Assembly (NCBI GenBank): GCA_902489795.1
Contig: CABUBU010000005.1
Span: forward strand, 166-64,165
Reading direction: 5' to 3'
Length of the DNA stretch: 64,000 nt
Source of the DNA: an uncultured Azospirillum sp.
Lineage (GTDB): Bacteria; Pseudomonadota; Alphaproteobacteria; RF32; CAG-239
In this document: positions 46,475-55,710 of the stretch, piece by piece
Layout of the letters: every line of letters begins with the position of its first letter
Position numbering within the stretch: the stretch's first letter is position 1
Notes under the pieces: model-generated
Told to the model about the DNA's origin: nothing
Databases searched by the model: none
The model's input: only the letters and a program-made list of their open reading frames with translations
Made by a program: the position numbers and the translations under genes

Positions 46475-47641
46475 TTATTCCTCGACAGTTTCCCGTTCCG
46501 CCGGCTGCCCAACGTTTTTGGGATCAACTGTCATGCCGGGGCGGATCTTCATCAGGTTGCTGACGATCACCCGGTCGCCGGCTTTCAGACCGCTGTCAAC
46601 GATCCAGCCGCCCTCCTTGGTCATCAGGCCGGTCTGGATATTAACCGCTTCAACCATCTTTTTGTCATTGACGATATAAACGTAAGAGCCGTTGGCACCC
46701 TGCATAATCGCCTCCTGCGGCACGATCAGGGCATTGACCCGGGTCAGCCCTTCCATCACCAGCCGCAGAAACTGCCCCGGCTTAAGCTGTTTTTTAGGAT
46801 TGGGGAAAACCGCCCTCAGCTTAATGGTACCGGTTCCTTCATCAATACCGGAATTGATAAAATTGATCTGTCCCGGCAACGGATAAAAACTGTCATTGCT
46901 GAACTTGACTTTGGCCACAATTTCACTCTTATTTTCCGGATTGCGGATCAAACCATTATTCACCATACCGGAAAGCGACATCATTTCGCTTTCCGAAGCG
47001 GAAAAGATGACATAAATCGGATCAAGCTGGGTAATGTTGGTCAACAGGCCTGTTGCCGAAATCAGACTTCCTTCCGACTGCACTTCCATACCGGTAACGC
47101 CGCTGATCGGCGCAGTGACTTTGGTATAGTCAAAATTCAACTGTGCGGTTTCCACTTCCGATTCCGCCATCAGCACCGCCGCTTTCTGCGCTTCCAGTTC
47201 AGCTTGGGCGTCATCGCGCGACTTTTCGCTTACCACCCGCTGTTTGAACAGCTTTTCGATTCTCGCCCATTCGGTTTCCGCCCGCCGCAGCTGTGCCTTG
47301 GCCTTGGCCAGGTTAGCCTTGGCGTTGTTGAGCCTGGCCTTGTATTCCTTGGGATCGATTTCAAACAAAACGTCTCCCTCTTTGACTTCGCTGCCTTCGA
47401 TATAATTTTTCTTCAGCAAAATGCCGCTCACCCGCGCCCGCACTTCCGTTTCCTTGTATCCTTGCGCCCGGGCGGAAAATTCAAAACTGAGAGGCACGTC
47501 TTCCGCCGCCACCTCAAGCACATTTACCGGCAGCGCCGCGGTTTTGGCCGCCGCATTCTGAACCGCGCTTTTGTCTTCCTTGCAGGCGCACAAAGACAGC
47601 ACCACCGCCAATCCCGCCAACAATTTGCTACTTTTCCACAT
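46475..47641 (-). CDS. RND periplasmic adaptor (membrane fusion protein, AcrA-like)
   Basis: Lipobox LSLCAC, coiled-coil hairpin and beta-barrel domains; located directly upstream of the RND gene. Confidence 0.88.
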   Translation of the reverse strand: MWKSSKLLAGLAVVLSLCACKEDKSAVQNAAAKTAALPVNVLEVAAEDVPLSFEFSARAQGYKETEVRARVSGILLKKNYIEGSEVKEGDVLFEIDPKEYKARLNNAKANLAKAKAQLRRAETEWARIEKLFKQRVVSEKSRDDAQAELEAQKAAVLMAESEVETAQLNFDYTKVTAPISGVTGMEVQSEGSLISATGLLTNITQLDPIYVIFSASESEMMSLSGMVNNGLIRNPENKSEIVAKVKFSNDSFYPLPGQINFINSGIDEGTGTIKLRAVFPNPKKQLKPGQFLRLVMEGLTRVNALIVPQEAIMQGANGSYVYIVNDKKMVEAVNIQTGLMTKEGGWIVDSGLKAGDRVIVSNLMKIRPGMTVDPKNVGQPAERETVEE

Positions 47642-47737
47642 TTTTTCACCTTTCGTTTTAAAAAACCGACAAAATTTTCTCATACGATAAACCGTTTTTT
47701 TACACCCGTCACCTTAATTTTTCATAAACAAACAATT

Positions 47738-49075
47738 TTACCGACGGGCAAAAAAATGCCGCATTTTGTATGGTCGGCGCTTTTTCCTGCCGAACCACAG
47801 GTAACAGACGAACAAAAACAGCAGCACGCGGGAAACCGGCATTGCCAGCCATACACCGTCCAGACCGAACCACACCGGCAGCGTAAACAGACACAGAGGC
47901 AGCGCGACAAAAGCGTCACCGTAAATCAACAGCGAAGAATCCGTGATTTTGCCGGTCGCCTGATAATAATAACCGGCCACCCGGATCACTCCCAGCAGCA
48001 CGAACGCCGTCGAACTGATAACCAGTCCGTGTGCGGCAAGAGCCGCTGCATTGCCGTGCAAATTGAACCAGGAGGGGAAAACGTTGTGTCCGACAATCGA
48101 TACGCACATCAGCACAATCCCCAACCCGAAAGCGGTATAATAGCCCATGTTGCCGATAATGTTCTGCCGGCGGTGGCGGCCGCCGCCGTAAAGGTAAGCG
48201 ACCAGCGGCTGCACCCCGAGCGCCAGCCCGGTCATCAAAAGCGAACCGAGCGATTCGACCGCGCCGATAAAGGTATAGGCGGCCAGCCCGTCCACCCGTC
48301 CGTATTTCAGCGCCTGATAATTATGGAAAAACAGCATCGCGATAATCGACAACTGGTTGCCGAGCGAAGGAAAGCCACTTACGACAATGTTTTTCAAATA
48401 CTTCGGCTTCAGCTTAAACATCTGCCGGTCGAAACGAAGAGCAGTCTTCCGGGTAAAGAAATAGGCCAGCCCGGCAACAGCAATCAACATCTGCGCGGTA
48501 ACCGTGGCATAGGCCGCGCCGGCCACGCCGCCGCCGAGCGGAAAAATAAAAACATAATCCATTACGATGTTCAGCAGCAACCCGCCGACCATCAGCCACA
48601 TCGACAGCACCGGCCGGCCGTCGTTGCGGATTACCGCCAGCACGCCGGTTACCAGCATATAGGCCAGATTGCCGTATATCAAAATCCGCGAATAACGCAC
48701 GGCGCCTGGCATCAGTTCGTCGGTAGCGCCGAACAGACGGAGTATGTCGGTCAGAAAACAGTTGACGACAGTCATCATCAGCAGGCTGAACAATACCTGC
48801 CAGACCAGCATGTTGCCGAGGCTGAGCCGTGCCAGCTGCAGATTGCCGTTGCCTCTCGACTGGGCGATGATAATTGCCGCACCGGTTCCCAGCATATCGC
48901 CGACCGCGCCGAACATCATCACCAGCGGCCAGGTAACCGCCACCGAAGCCAACCCGAGTTCGCCGGCGCTCCAGCCGATAAAAATGGTATCCACGATGCT
49001 GTAAGAACCGACGATCAGCATGCCGATCATAGACGGCAGCACATAAGAAAGAAAAAGTCTGGCATTTTTATTCAT
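47738..49075 (-). CDS. MATE-family efflux transporter
   Basis: ~445 aa, 12 TM. N-terminus MNKNARLFLSYVLPSMIGMLIVGSYSIVDTIFIG, typical of MATE/NorM-like proteins. Confidence 0.85.
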   Translation of the reverse strand: MNKNARLFLSYVLPSMIGMLIVGSYSIVDTIFIGWSAGELGLASVAVTWPLVMMFGAVGDMLGTGAAIIIAQSRGNGNLQLARLSLGNMLVWQVLFSLLMMTVVNCFLTDILRLFGATDELMPGAVRYSRILIYGNLAYMLVTGVLAVIRNDGRPVLSMWLMVGGLLLNIVMDYVFIFPLGGGVAGAAYATVTAQMLIAVAGLAYFFTRKTALRFDRQMFKLKPKYLKNIVVSGFPSLGNQLSIIAMLFFHNYQALKYGRVDGLAAYTFIGAVESLGSLLMTGLALGVQPLVAYLYGGGRHRRQNIIGNMGYYTAFGLGIVLMCVSIVGHNVFPSWFNLHGNAAALAAHGLVISSTAFVLLGVIRVAGYYYQATGKITDSSLLIYGDAFVALPLCLFTLPVWFGLDGVWLAMPVSRVLLFLFVCYLWFGRKKRRPYKMRHFFARR

Positions 49076-49250
49076 CGGCCGCTTCTCCCGCCGCGGCAAA
49101 CGCCGGTTCCGTCGGCGCGCCGTCGACGACACATGTCGCCGTTGCCGGCAGTTTCACATCGGTTGCAAACGAACCGAACGCCGCCAGAAATCCCGCAAAC
49201 ACAAAAACAAACTGCGCCGAACTGCCTGCGGCTTTTCCCTTGACCGTCAT
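49068..49250 (-). CDS. Possible small membrane peptide coupled to the MATE gene
   Basis: 60-codon ORF from ATG 49250 (AAGGAA upstream) with one hydrophobic helix (FVFVFAGFLAAFGSF). Its stop overlaps the MATE start by 8 nt. No family recognised. Confidence 0.3.
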   Translation of the reverse strand: MTVKGKAAGSSAQFVFVFAGFLAAFGSFATDVKLPATATCVVDGAPTEPAFAAAGEAADE

Positions 49251-49442
49251 TTTCCGTTCCTTAAAAAAACTTTTTCCAACCGGTGTTTTTTTAATGCGGA
49301 TTTTTTTAAATTTCAAATGCTTTTTTCACATTCGGCGACAAATGTTTCCGCCATTTTTCCCCAAAAAAACATACAGGAAAATCCGGCAACGGCACTCGTT
49401 GACTTTTCGGCATATCGTGATATAATAAAAAATGGAGAACAT

Positions 49443-50732
49443 ATGGTTGATTTGAATCGATTAAGAGGCGTCTCTGCACGCTCCGAACCGGAAGGCGACA
49501 TTTCCCCGTCACCGAAAAAAGCGGAATTAAAAGAAAAGATGGAAGCGCTTTCCGTTAGCATCCGCCGCAAAAAAGAGCGGAAAGAACAACCTCCTCCGAC
49601 AAACGGAGAAATGCCGGTTGCCGGCAAATACAATCTGACGCAGGACGAAGCGACCGTCGAAACGGCCTACAAAAATGGAAAAACCAAAACGACCGAAGAT
49701 ATTAAAGTCAGCCGCGTCACAGATACGGTGGAAGAAAACAAGACAGTCGTCAACACCACCGTTATTGCGGAAAAGAAAGAACTGCACCGGAACGGCAAAA
49801 CCGCCGCCGAACACTATTCTTCCAGCCATGTTTCGGAAAAATACAGAGACATCGGCAACAACACCCGCACGGAAACCTCCCGTAACGAAACAACGGAATT
49901 CGACCGCCGGGGACGGGCGAGGAAAATCGAAGAAACGCAAGACACGCAAACGACGTCCGAAGCGGACGCCCTTGACAGAACTCACGGATACGACGGCTCT
50001 CACAGCTGGGGAACTTCGCAAACAATAACTGTTGACTTGGACAAACAGGGACGGGAACGAATTTGGAACACGCACAACGAAAGTTTCGGACTGACCTCAT
50101 CCTTGTCTGACAGTCATACGGAAACCCGCCGCGGCTATGACATAAACGAAATCTCCCCGGAAACAAACAAAGGAATAAAAGAAACCACACAGGCAAGAGG
50201 AACCGCCGACAAAAGAAACCGACAAACAGTATCCGTCGATTCTTATCAATACGGCACAGACGGCAATTTAAAAAAGTCCTGGTGGGGCCGGTTAACCGAC
50301 GGCATAAAGGAAACCTACGGCAAAACAAAAGTTGGCAAAAAAACGACACAAACGGAAATCACCATTGAAAACGGCGAAATTACCGGACAAAGGACAATCA
50401 TCGACAAAAAAGACAACATAAAACGCAAAAAAATAAACAAGGGAATGGCCAAGCTCCGCCTGGCAGGCATACGCAGAAAAATCAACAACAGACTGAAAGA
50501 AACCGGCAACGTGGCGAACATGGAAGAGTATGCCGACAAAATTCCTGCCGTCGACCAAACGGCACGCGCCCCGCTCGGCCTCGCTTTCGATACCATTCCC
50601 GATCGGGAAAAATATGAAGAAAACAAACGGGAAGATCAGGCTCGCAACGATCAGTTGAGCGAGCGCGCCGACAAAATCACGGCAACCGACGTCATAAATA
50701 ATCTGATTCGGGAAAAATACATGAAGGAATAA
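49443..50732 (+). CDS. Hypothetical Thr/Lys/Glu/Arg-rich, probably disordered protein
   Basis: ATG at 49443 with GGAGA upstream. 429 aa, no signal peptide or TM helix, no recognisable domain. Confidence 0.5.
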   Translation: MVDLNRLRGVSARSEPEGDISPSPKKAELKEKMEALSVSIRRKKERKEQPPPTNGEMPVAGKYNLTQDEATVETAYKNGKTKTTEDIKVSRVTDTVEENKTVVNTTVIAEKKELHRNGKTAAEHYSSSHVSEKYRDIGNNTRTETSRNETTEFDRRGRARKIEETQDTQTTSEADALDRTHGYDGSHSWGTSQTITVDLDKQGRERIWNTHNESFGLTSSLSDSHTETRRGYDINEISPETNKGIKETTQARGTADKRNRQTVSVDSYQYGTDGNLKKSWWGRLTDGIKETYGKTKVGKKTTQTEITIENGEITGQRTIIDKKDNIKRKKINKGMAKLRLAGIRRKINNRLKETGNVANMEEYADKIPAVDQTARAPLGLAFDTIPDREKYEENKREDQARNDQLSERADKITATDVINNLIREKYMKE

Positions 50733-51064
50733 TCCGCCGCAAACGACGATTCACTCGGCTGCCGCCTCTTTTTCCGCCGTTTTGCCCGGTTTCCGCACGT
50801 TTTCCTTTGTTTCCTGTCGATATCTCCGGCCGCAGCACGCCGACAACTCCCGTTCAAAAGTTCCTTCCCGCACAAATTCCGAAATTGCCGACGGAGAATT
50901 AAATGCCCAACTCCTTTCTGTCTAAACGCTTTTCCTGATCCGTCCGACCTTCTCCGCGCCGTTTTTCCTATCCCCGTCCGTTTTCCGTACAAATACACAG
51001 ACCTTTACCCAAACAGAAAACTCTTACGCCTTCTGCCAGACAAACGACCCGTTTCCGCCGGCGC

Positions 51065-51623
51065 GGCAAAGCCGACCTGACGGTCGTCCAAAGCAGTTTT
51101 ATCGGCAAGTACACCTCCGTCAATCAACAGGGAACGTCAAACTACGGCGGGGCAATTTACGGCAACGAAAAACAAACGTCAGTCAGACGCTGTTTGAAGG
51201 CAACCACGCGACCCAAACCGGCGGCTCGCTCATAACCGTCGACCCCAAATTTGAATTTCGCTATGTGCACGGACAATCCAAAAACTTCAAAACCGACAAC
51301 GGCGAAATCGGCTCCATCGATTCCACCAGTTCGCTCGTCAGCAGATTTAACCTGCAGACTTCCTACCTGCCGGAAGAGCGAACCTCAAACCGGAAACTGT
51401 TTCTGGAACTAAGACTGTACAACGAATGGATCAGCCGCACCAAAGTCAAATTTGCCGACACGCACCTCACCACTTCCGACTTAAACGGCCTCGGGTTTGA
51501 CGCGTCACTCAGGTTCAACGCCGCCGTTGCCGAAGACGCCTATTGCTGCGGCGCCGTCACCCTGGAAGCCGGTGAACCTATACCTCATACCAGTTGAACG
51601 CCGGCCTGCGGGTCAGCTTCTGA
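51065..51623 (+). pseudogene. Remnant of a Pmp-like autotransporter (frameshifted, internally deleted)
   Basis: Three frames read successively SSFIGKYTS...NYGGAIYGNE, then TLFEGNHATQTGGS...KLFLELRLYNEW...GFDASLRFNAAV, then YTSYQLNAGLRVSF-stop. The first two carry GGAI and FxxN passenger motifs. The third is a terminal beta-barrel signature ending in Phe. Confidence 0.65.
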
Positions 51624-51754
51624 AACGAAGGGAGAACATGCCGGCTAACCGGAAGGTAAATCGATTTTCGTGTTAAAATCCGAAGTTATTCCTTGAAAGT
51701 CAAAGCAATCTTTAATAAGCTCGGGCTAAAAGAATTAACTTAAGAGATGCAGAC

Positions 51755-54472
51755 ATGAACGATACGCAACGAACGATTGAACAGGCACTTTCCTTGCGCG
51801 CCCCGCAAAAGGAAAGCCTCGACATTCTGGTACAAATTTTAAACAAAATCGTCTTAAGCAAAGAGATGTCCGCCGACGAAGCGCTGTGCCTGATTCGGGA
51901 AGTCTGCCCTTCCGTCAAAGACTTCGAACATGCCTTTCCCTGCATTTGCTTCGCCATCGCCACCGGCGTGGGCAAAACCCGGCTGATGGGCGCAATGATC
52001 GCCTATCTGCACGCGGAAAAAGGCATAAAAAATTTCATGGTTCTGGCACCCAACCTGACAATCTACAACAAGCTCAAAACCGACTTCACGCCCAATACCG
52101 AAAAATATGTTTTTCCCGGGTTGAAAGCGCTGGTTGACGTTCCGCAAATCATCACCGGCGACGATTATCATCAGGTCGGCGGTTTGTTTGACAATCCGAA
52201 CGACAACCGTGTCCGCATCAACATTTTCAATATTTCCAAGATCGATTCCGACAAAGACGCACGCGGCATGCCGCGCGTCCGCCGAATGGCCGAATATCTG
52301 GGACAGTCTTATTTCGACTATCTTTCCGGTTTAAAGGATTTGGTTTTGATTATGGACGAAGCGCACCGTTACCGTGCCAATGCCGGTATGGCCGCCGTCA
52401 ATGAACTGCACCCGTTTTTGGGAATTGAACTGACGGCCACCGCCAAATCGACCGGCGCCAAAGGCAAGCCTTTCCGCAACATTGCCTATGAATACAATCT
52501 GGCGCACGCCATTTGCGACGGTTACGTCAAAAAACCGGCAGTCGTCGGCCGCCTGGATTTTAACTGCGACCTGTACGGAAGCGGCAATTCCGAAGCGTTG
52601 GAAAATCTGAAAATCAAAGACGGCATCAAAGTACACGAAAGCATCAAGGCGGAATTGCAGGTTTATGCCGACAACAAAAAAAACAAAACGGTCAAACCTT
52701 TTATGATGATTGTCGCCCAGAACATTGATCATGCGGAACGCATTGAGGCAAAAATAAAAAGCGACGATTTTGAAGACGGCCGCTATAAAGACAAGGTCAT
52801 CGTCGTCAACTCCAAACAAAACGGCGAACTGAAAGACGAAGTCCTGCAACGGCTGCTGGCAATCGAAAACGCCGATGAACCGACCGAAATCGTTATCCAT
52901 GTCAATATGCTGGGCGAAGGCTGGGACGTCAACAACCTTTATACTATTGTACCGCTTCGTGCCGCCGATTCCAAAATTCTGGTTGAACAGACGATCGGCC
53001 GCGGTCTGCGTCTGCCGTTCGGAAAACGAACCGGCGTTGACGTCATCGACCGCCTGCATGTGATTGCGCACGACAAATTTGCGGACATCATCAATGCCGC
53101 TCAGGCGGAGCAATTCGAGTTTCAGCGGGAATATATCGACAACACGGACAGCGGCCTGACGGGAAAAAAGGCGGAAGACAACACCAGTAAACTGGACGAC
53201 GAAGTGAAAAACGGTCATATCGTCGTCACCCGGCCGACACCGGACAAACAGGGTAAACTGCCGGTTTTTGACAACGACGTCAATAAACAGATCGGCGACA
53301 TCGTGCGCGAAGCAATTAACGAAACCAGCCGCTACGCCCTGACCGCCGAAAATCTGTTAACGCCGGATAATCAAAACAGGATTGTCGAAATCGCAACCGA
53401 AAAAATCAAGGAAATCCGGTTGGAAAATTCCGAACTGTCGCTTGAACCGCTGGTTGACGTCAAAGAAACGGCCAAGCGCTATACGGAAAGCTTCATCAAA
53501 CTGAACATTTCCGTCCCGCGGATAAAAATTCTGTACGAACAGGAAGGCGATTTTACTTTTGACGATTTTGACATCGACACCGCGGATTTTGCCGGTTATC
53601 AGCCTTTGCGACCAACAGTTATCATCGGAGAACTGATGGATAAAGGCAAACAGGACGAAATAAAGGCCGAATTTGTCGACTGCCATTCGGACATCACGCA
53701 CTACCTGCTGGTACCGCTGATCGAAGACCCGGCCATCTCATACCAGAAAAACGCCGACTTGCTGTATAAGCTGATTCATCAGGTGATTGATTACATCACT
53801 TCCTATTCCGGCAGCGAACTGAACACCCGGAAGATTCTGTACTTCCACGGTGAAAAACTGGCGCAGAAAATCTGCACGCAGATAAAAGCCCATCTGCGGG
53901 AAGCGCCGATGACCAAACGCGTCAAAATAGACAGCGGGTATGCCGCGGTCACTTCCGCCTCTTACAAAATCAGCACAACGGAAGGACAGGATGCGCTGGA
54001 TATACATGCTTTCGTCCGCGACAAGGAAAAAATCCGCAATTTGGTCTTTACCGGTTTCAACAAATGCCTGTTTGCCAAACAAAAATTCGATTCCAACACC
54101 GAAAAGGAACTGGCGGAAATTCTGGAACGCACGCCGGCCGTGCAAAAATGGTTCAAAATCAACAATGACCGCGCCGGAGAAATTTTTGACATCAAATATT
54201 CGGACGACGATCGACAAATGCACCGTTACTTGCCGGATTTCATCGTTGAAACCGTTGACGCCAAATATATGATCGAAACCAAAGCGGCAAATCAGATGAG
54301 TGACAAGGTCGTGCAGGCCAAAAAAGAAGCCGCCGTCGACTGGTGCAAAATCGCCACCGGTTTTGAACGGGAGCATCACGGCAAACCCTGGCACTACCTG
54401 TTGATCCCCGACACGACCATTGTTGCCGACCGCGGCTTTGACAAACTCGTCAACGATTTTGAGGAAGATTAA
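51755..54472 (+). CDS. res: Type III-like restriction endonuclease/helicase subunit (Res)
   Basis: 905 aa. SF2 helicase motifs I (IATGVGKT), II (IMDEAHRY) and VI (QTIGRGLRL). C-terminal PD-(D/E)xK nuclease motif (YLPDFIVET...YMIETK). Confidence 0.88.
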   Translation: MNDTQRTIEQALSLRAPQKESLDILVQILNKIVLSKEMSADEALCLIREVCPSVKDFEHAFPCICFAIATGVGKTRLMGAMIAYLHAEKGIKNFMVLAPNLTIYNKLKTDFTPNTEKYVFPGLKALVDVPQIITGDDYHQVGGLFDNPNDNRVRINIFNISKIDSDKDARGMPRVRRMAEYLGQSYFDYLSGLKDLVLIMDEAHRYRANAGMAAVNELHPFLGIELTATAKSTGAKGKPFRNIAYEYNLAHAICDGYVKKPAVVGRLDFNCDLYGSGNSEALENLKIKDGIKVHESIKAELQVYADNKKNKTVKPFMMIVAQNIDHAERIEAKIKSDDFEDGRYKDKVIVVNSKQNGELKDEVLQRLLAIENADEPTEIVIHVNMLGEGWDVNNLYTIVPLRAADSKILVEQTIGRGLRLPFGKRTGVDVIDRLHVIAHDKFADIINAAQAEQFEFQREYIDNTDSGLTGKKAEDNTSKLDDEVKNGHIVVTRPTPDKQGKLPVFDNDVNKQIGDIVREAINETSRYALTAENLLTPDNQNRIVEIATEKIKEIRLENSELSLEPLVDVKETAKRYTESFIKLNISVPRIKILYEQEGDFTFDDFDIDTADFAGYQPLRPTVIIGELMDKGKQDEIKAEFVDCHSDITHYLLVPLIEDPAISYQKNADLLYKLIHQVIDYITSYSGSELNTRKILYFHGEKLAQKICTQIKAHLREAPMTKRVKIDSGYAAVTSASYKISTTEGQDALDIHAFVRDKEKIRNLVFTGFNKCLFAKQKFDSNTEKELAEILERTPAVQKWFKINNDRAGEIFDIKYSDDDRQMHRYLPDFIVETVDAKYMIETKAANQMSDKVVQAKKEAAVDWCKIATGFEREHHGKPWHYLLIPDTTIVADRGFDKLVNDFEED

Positions 54473-54561
54473 TGTAAAATATTTCATACACAGCAGTGTC
54501 AAGCAACATTGACATTTCGCATAAAATGTCGTATATTTACATTATATCGAGGAGCACGACA

Positions 54562-55335
54562 ATGACAAATGTTTTAAGAAGCCTGAGAGAACAAAAAGGC
54601 ATCTCTCAGGAAGAGTTAGCGTCTGAATTAAAAATAAGCCGTCAGACCCTGAGCAAATACGAAAACGAAGAAACTAAATTTTCTTTAGACATCATAAAAA
54701 AACTGGCCAGATTTTTTGATGTCGATTACTCATGCTTCATCGACAACAAAATGCCGCCGGAAACAACCTATAACATTATAGGAAACACGCCCAAAGAAAA
54801 CAAGACCGATATCCGCATCAACATTCCGCAGGAAAATATCAACAAATTCAAACAGGTTCTGCTTTATATCCTTAACAAAGTCGGCGCCAAACCGAATGTC
54901 GGGCAAACGGTAATTTACAAGCTTCTTTACTTCATAGATTTCGATTATTACGAAATATACGAAGAACAGCTGATGGGACTGAAATATATCAAAAATACAT
55001 ACGGCCCGACGCCGGTTGATTTTGCCAAATTAATAAAACAGATGGAAGACGACGGTTCTTTGGAAGAAATAAAAACCAAATATTTCAACCATGACCAAAC
55101 CAAATATCTTCCCCGCATACAACCGGATTTGTCCCTGCTTTCCGGACAGGAGCTGGCGCATATCGACAAAGAACTGGAACGCCTTGCCGGCCGGACGGGA
55201 AAAGAACTGTCGGAATTCTCGCATAAGGACATTCCGTGGATCGGCGCGGAAATGAACGAGGTTTTGGAGTACGAGGCCGTTTTTTACAGAACCCCGGAAA
55301 CTTCTGTTCGGGAGTATGACGAAGCAGATGATTAA
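54562..55335 (+). CDS. XRE-HTH plus Panacea (DUF4065/SocA-like) domain antitoxin
   Basis: ATG at 54562 with GGAG 8 nt upstream. HTH LREQKGISQEELASELKISRQTLSKYE. C-terminal domain with IYKLLYFIDFDYYEIYEEQLMGLKYIKNTYGPTPVDF, typical of DUF4065. Confidence 0.8.
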   Translation: MTNVLRSLREQKGISQEELASELKISRQTLSKYENEETKFSLDIIKKLARFFDVDYSCFIDNKMPPETTYNIIGNTPKENKTDIRINIPQENINKFKQVLLYILNKVGAKPNVGQTVIYKLLYFIDFDYYEIYEEQLMGLKYIKNTYGPTPVDFAKLIKQMEDDGSLEEIKTKYFNHDQTKYLPRIQPDLSLLSGQELAHIDKELERLAGRTGKELSEFSHKDIPWIGAEMNEVLEYEAVFYRTPETSVREYDEADD

Positions 55336-55699
55336 CTACGTAACTGTTCCCGAGTTTGACAAGGATTTCAAAACCGTGTCAAAAAAATTCCGAACTTTGG
55401 AAAAAGATTTCGGACATATGAAAAAATACACGATAGAAACGTTTTACGAAAAAGGTGTCCCGACAACGGCGTTTGTCCCCATTGAAGGTTTTTGTGGAGA
55501 AAACTATACTTCCAACAAAATGCGCAAGTTTTCCTGCCAGTCGTTAAAAGGCAGAGGTTCGGCATCGGGTATCAGGGTTATTTTCATCTGGGAAGAAGAA
55601 ACGCGAAAAATAACTTTTATCGAAATCTATTTTAAGGCAGATCAAGCCAACGAAAACAAAGAACGCCTGCAAAAATTTATAAAAGAAAATTTCGGATAG
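55316..55699 (+). CDS. RelE/ParE-superfamily-like toxin (putative)
   Basis: 127 aa (or 123 from ATG 55328). Overlaps the antitoxin stop by 20 or 8 nt. The C-terminal block GIRVIFIWEEETRKITFIEIYFK resembles the R-hh-Y...I-x-h-h-x-h core of RelE/ParE toxins (motif memory). Confidence 0.55.
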   Translation: MTKQMINYVTVPEFDKDFKTVSKKFRTLEKDFGHMKKYTIETFYEKGVPTTAFVPIEGFCGENYTSNKMRKFSCQSLKGRGSASGIRVIFIWEEETRKITFIEIYFKADQANENKERLQKFIKENFG

Positions 55700-55710
55700 G
55701 ATAATTCAAT

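Noticed and set aside
46457-49243. 928-aa plus-strand ORF
   Set aside because: It is antisense to the RND adaptor and MATE genes and is His/Arg/Gln-rich low-complexity sequence, so it is a shadow ORF.
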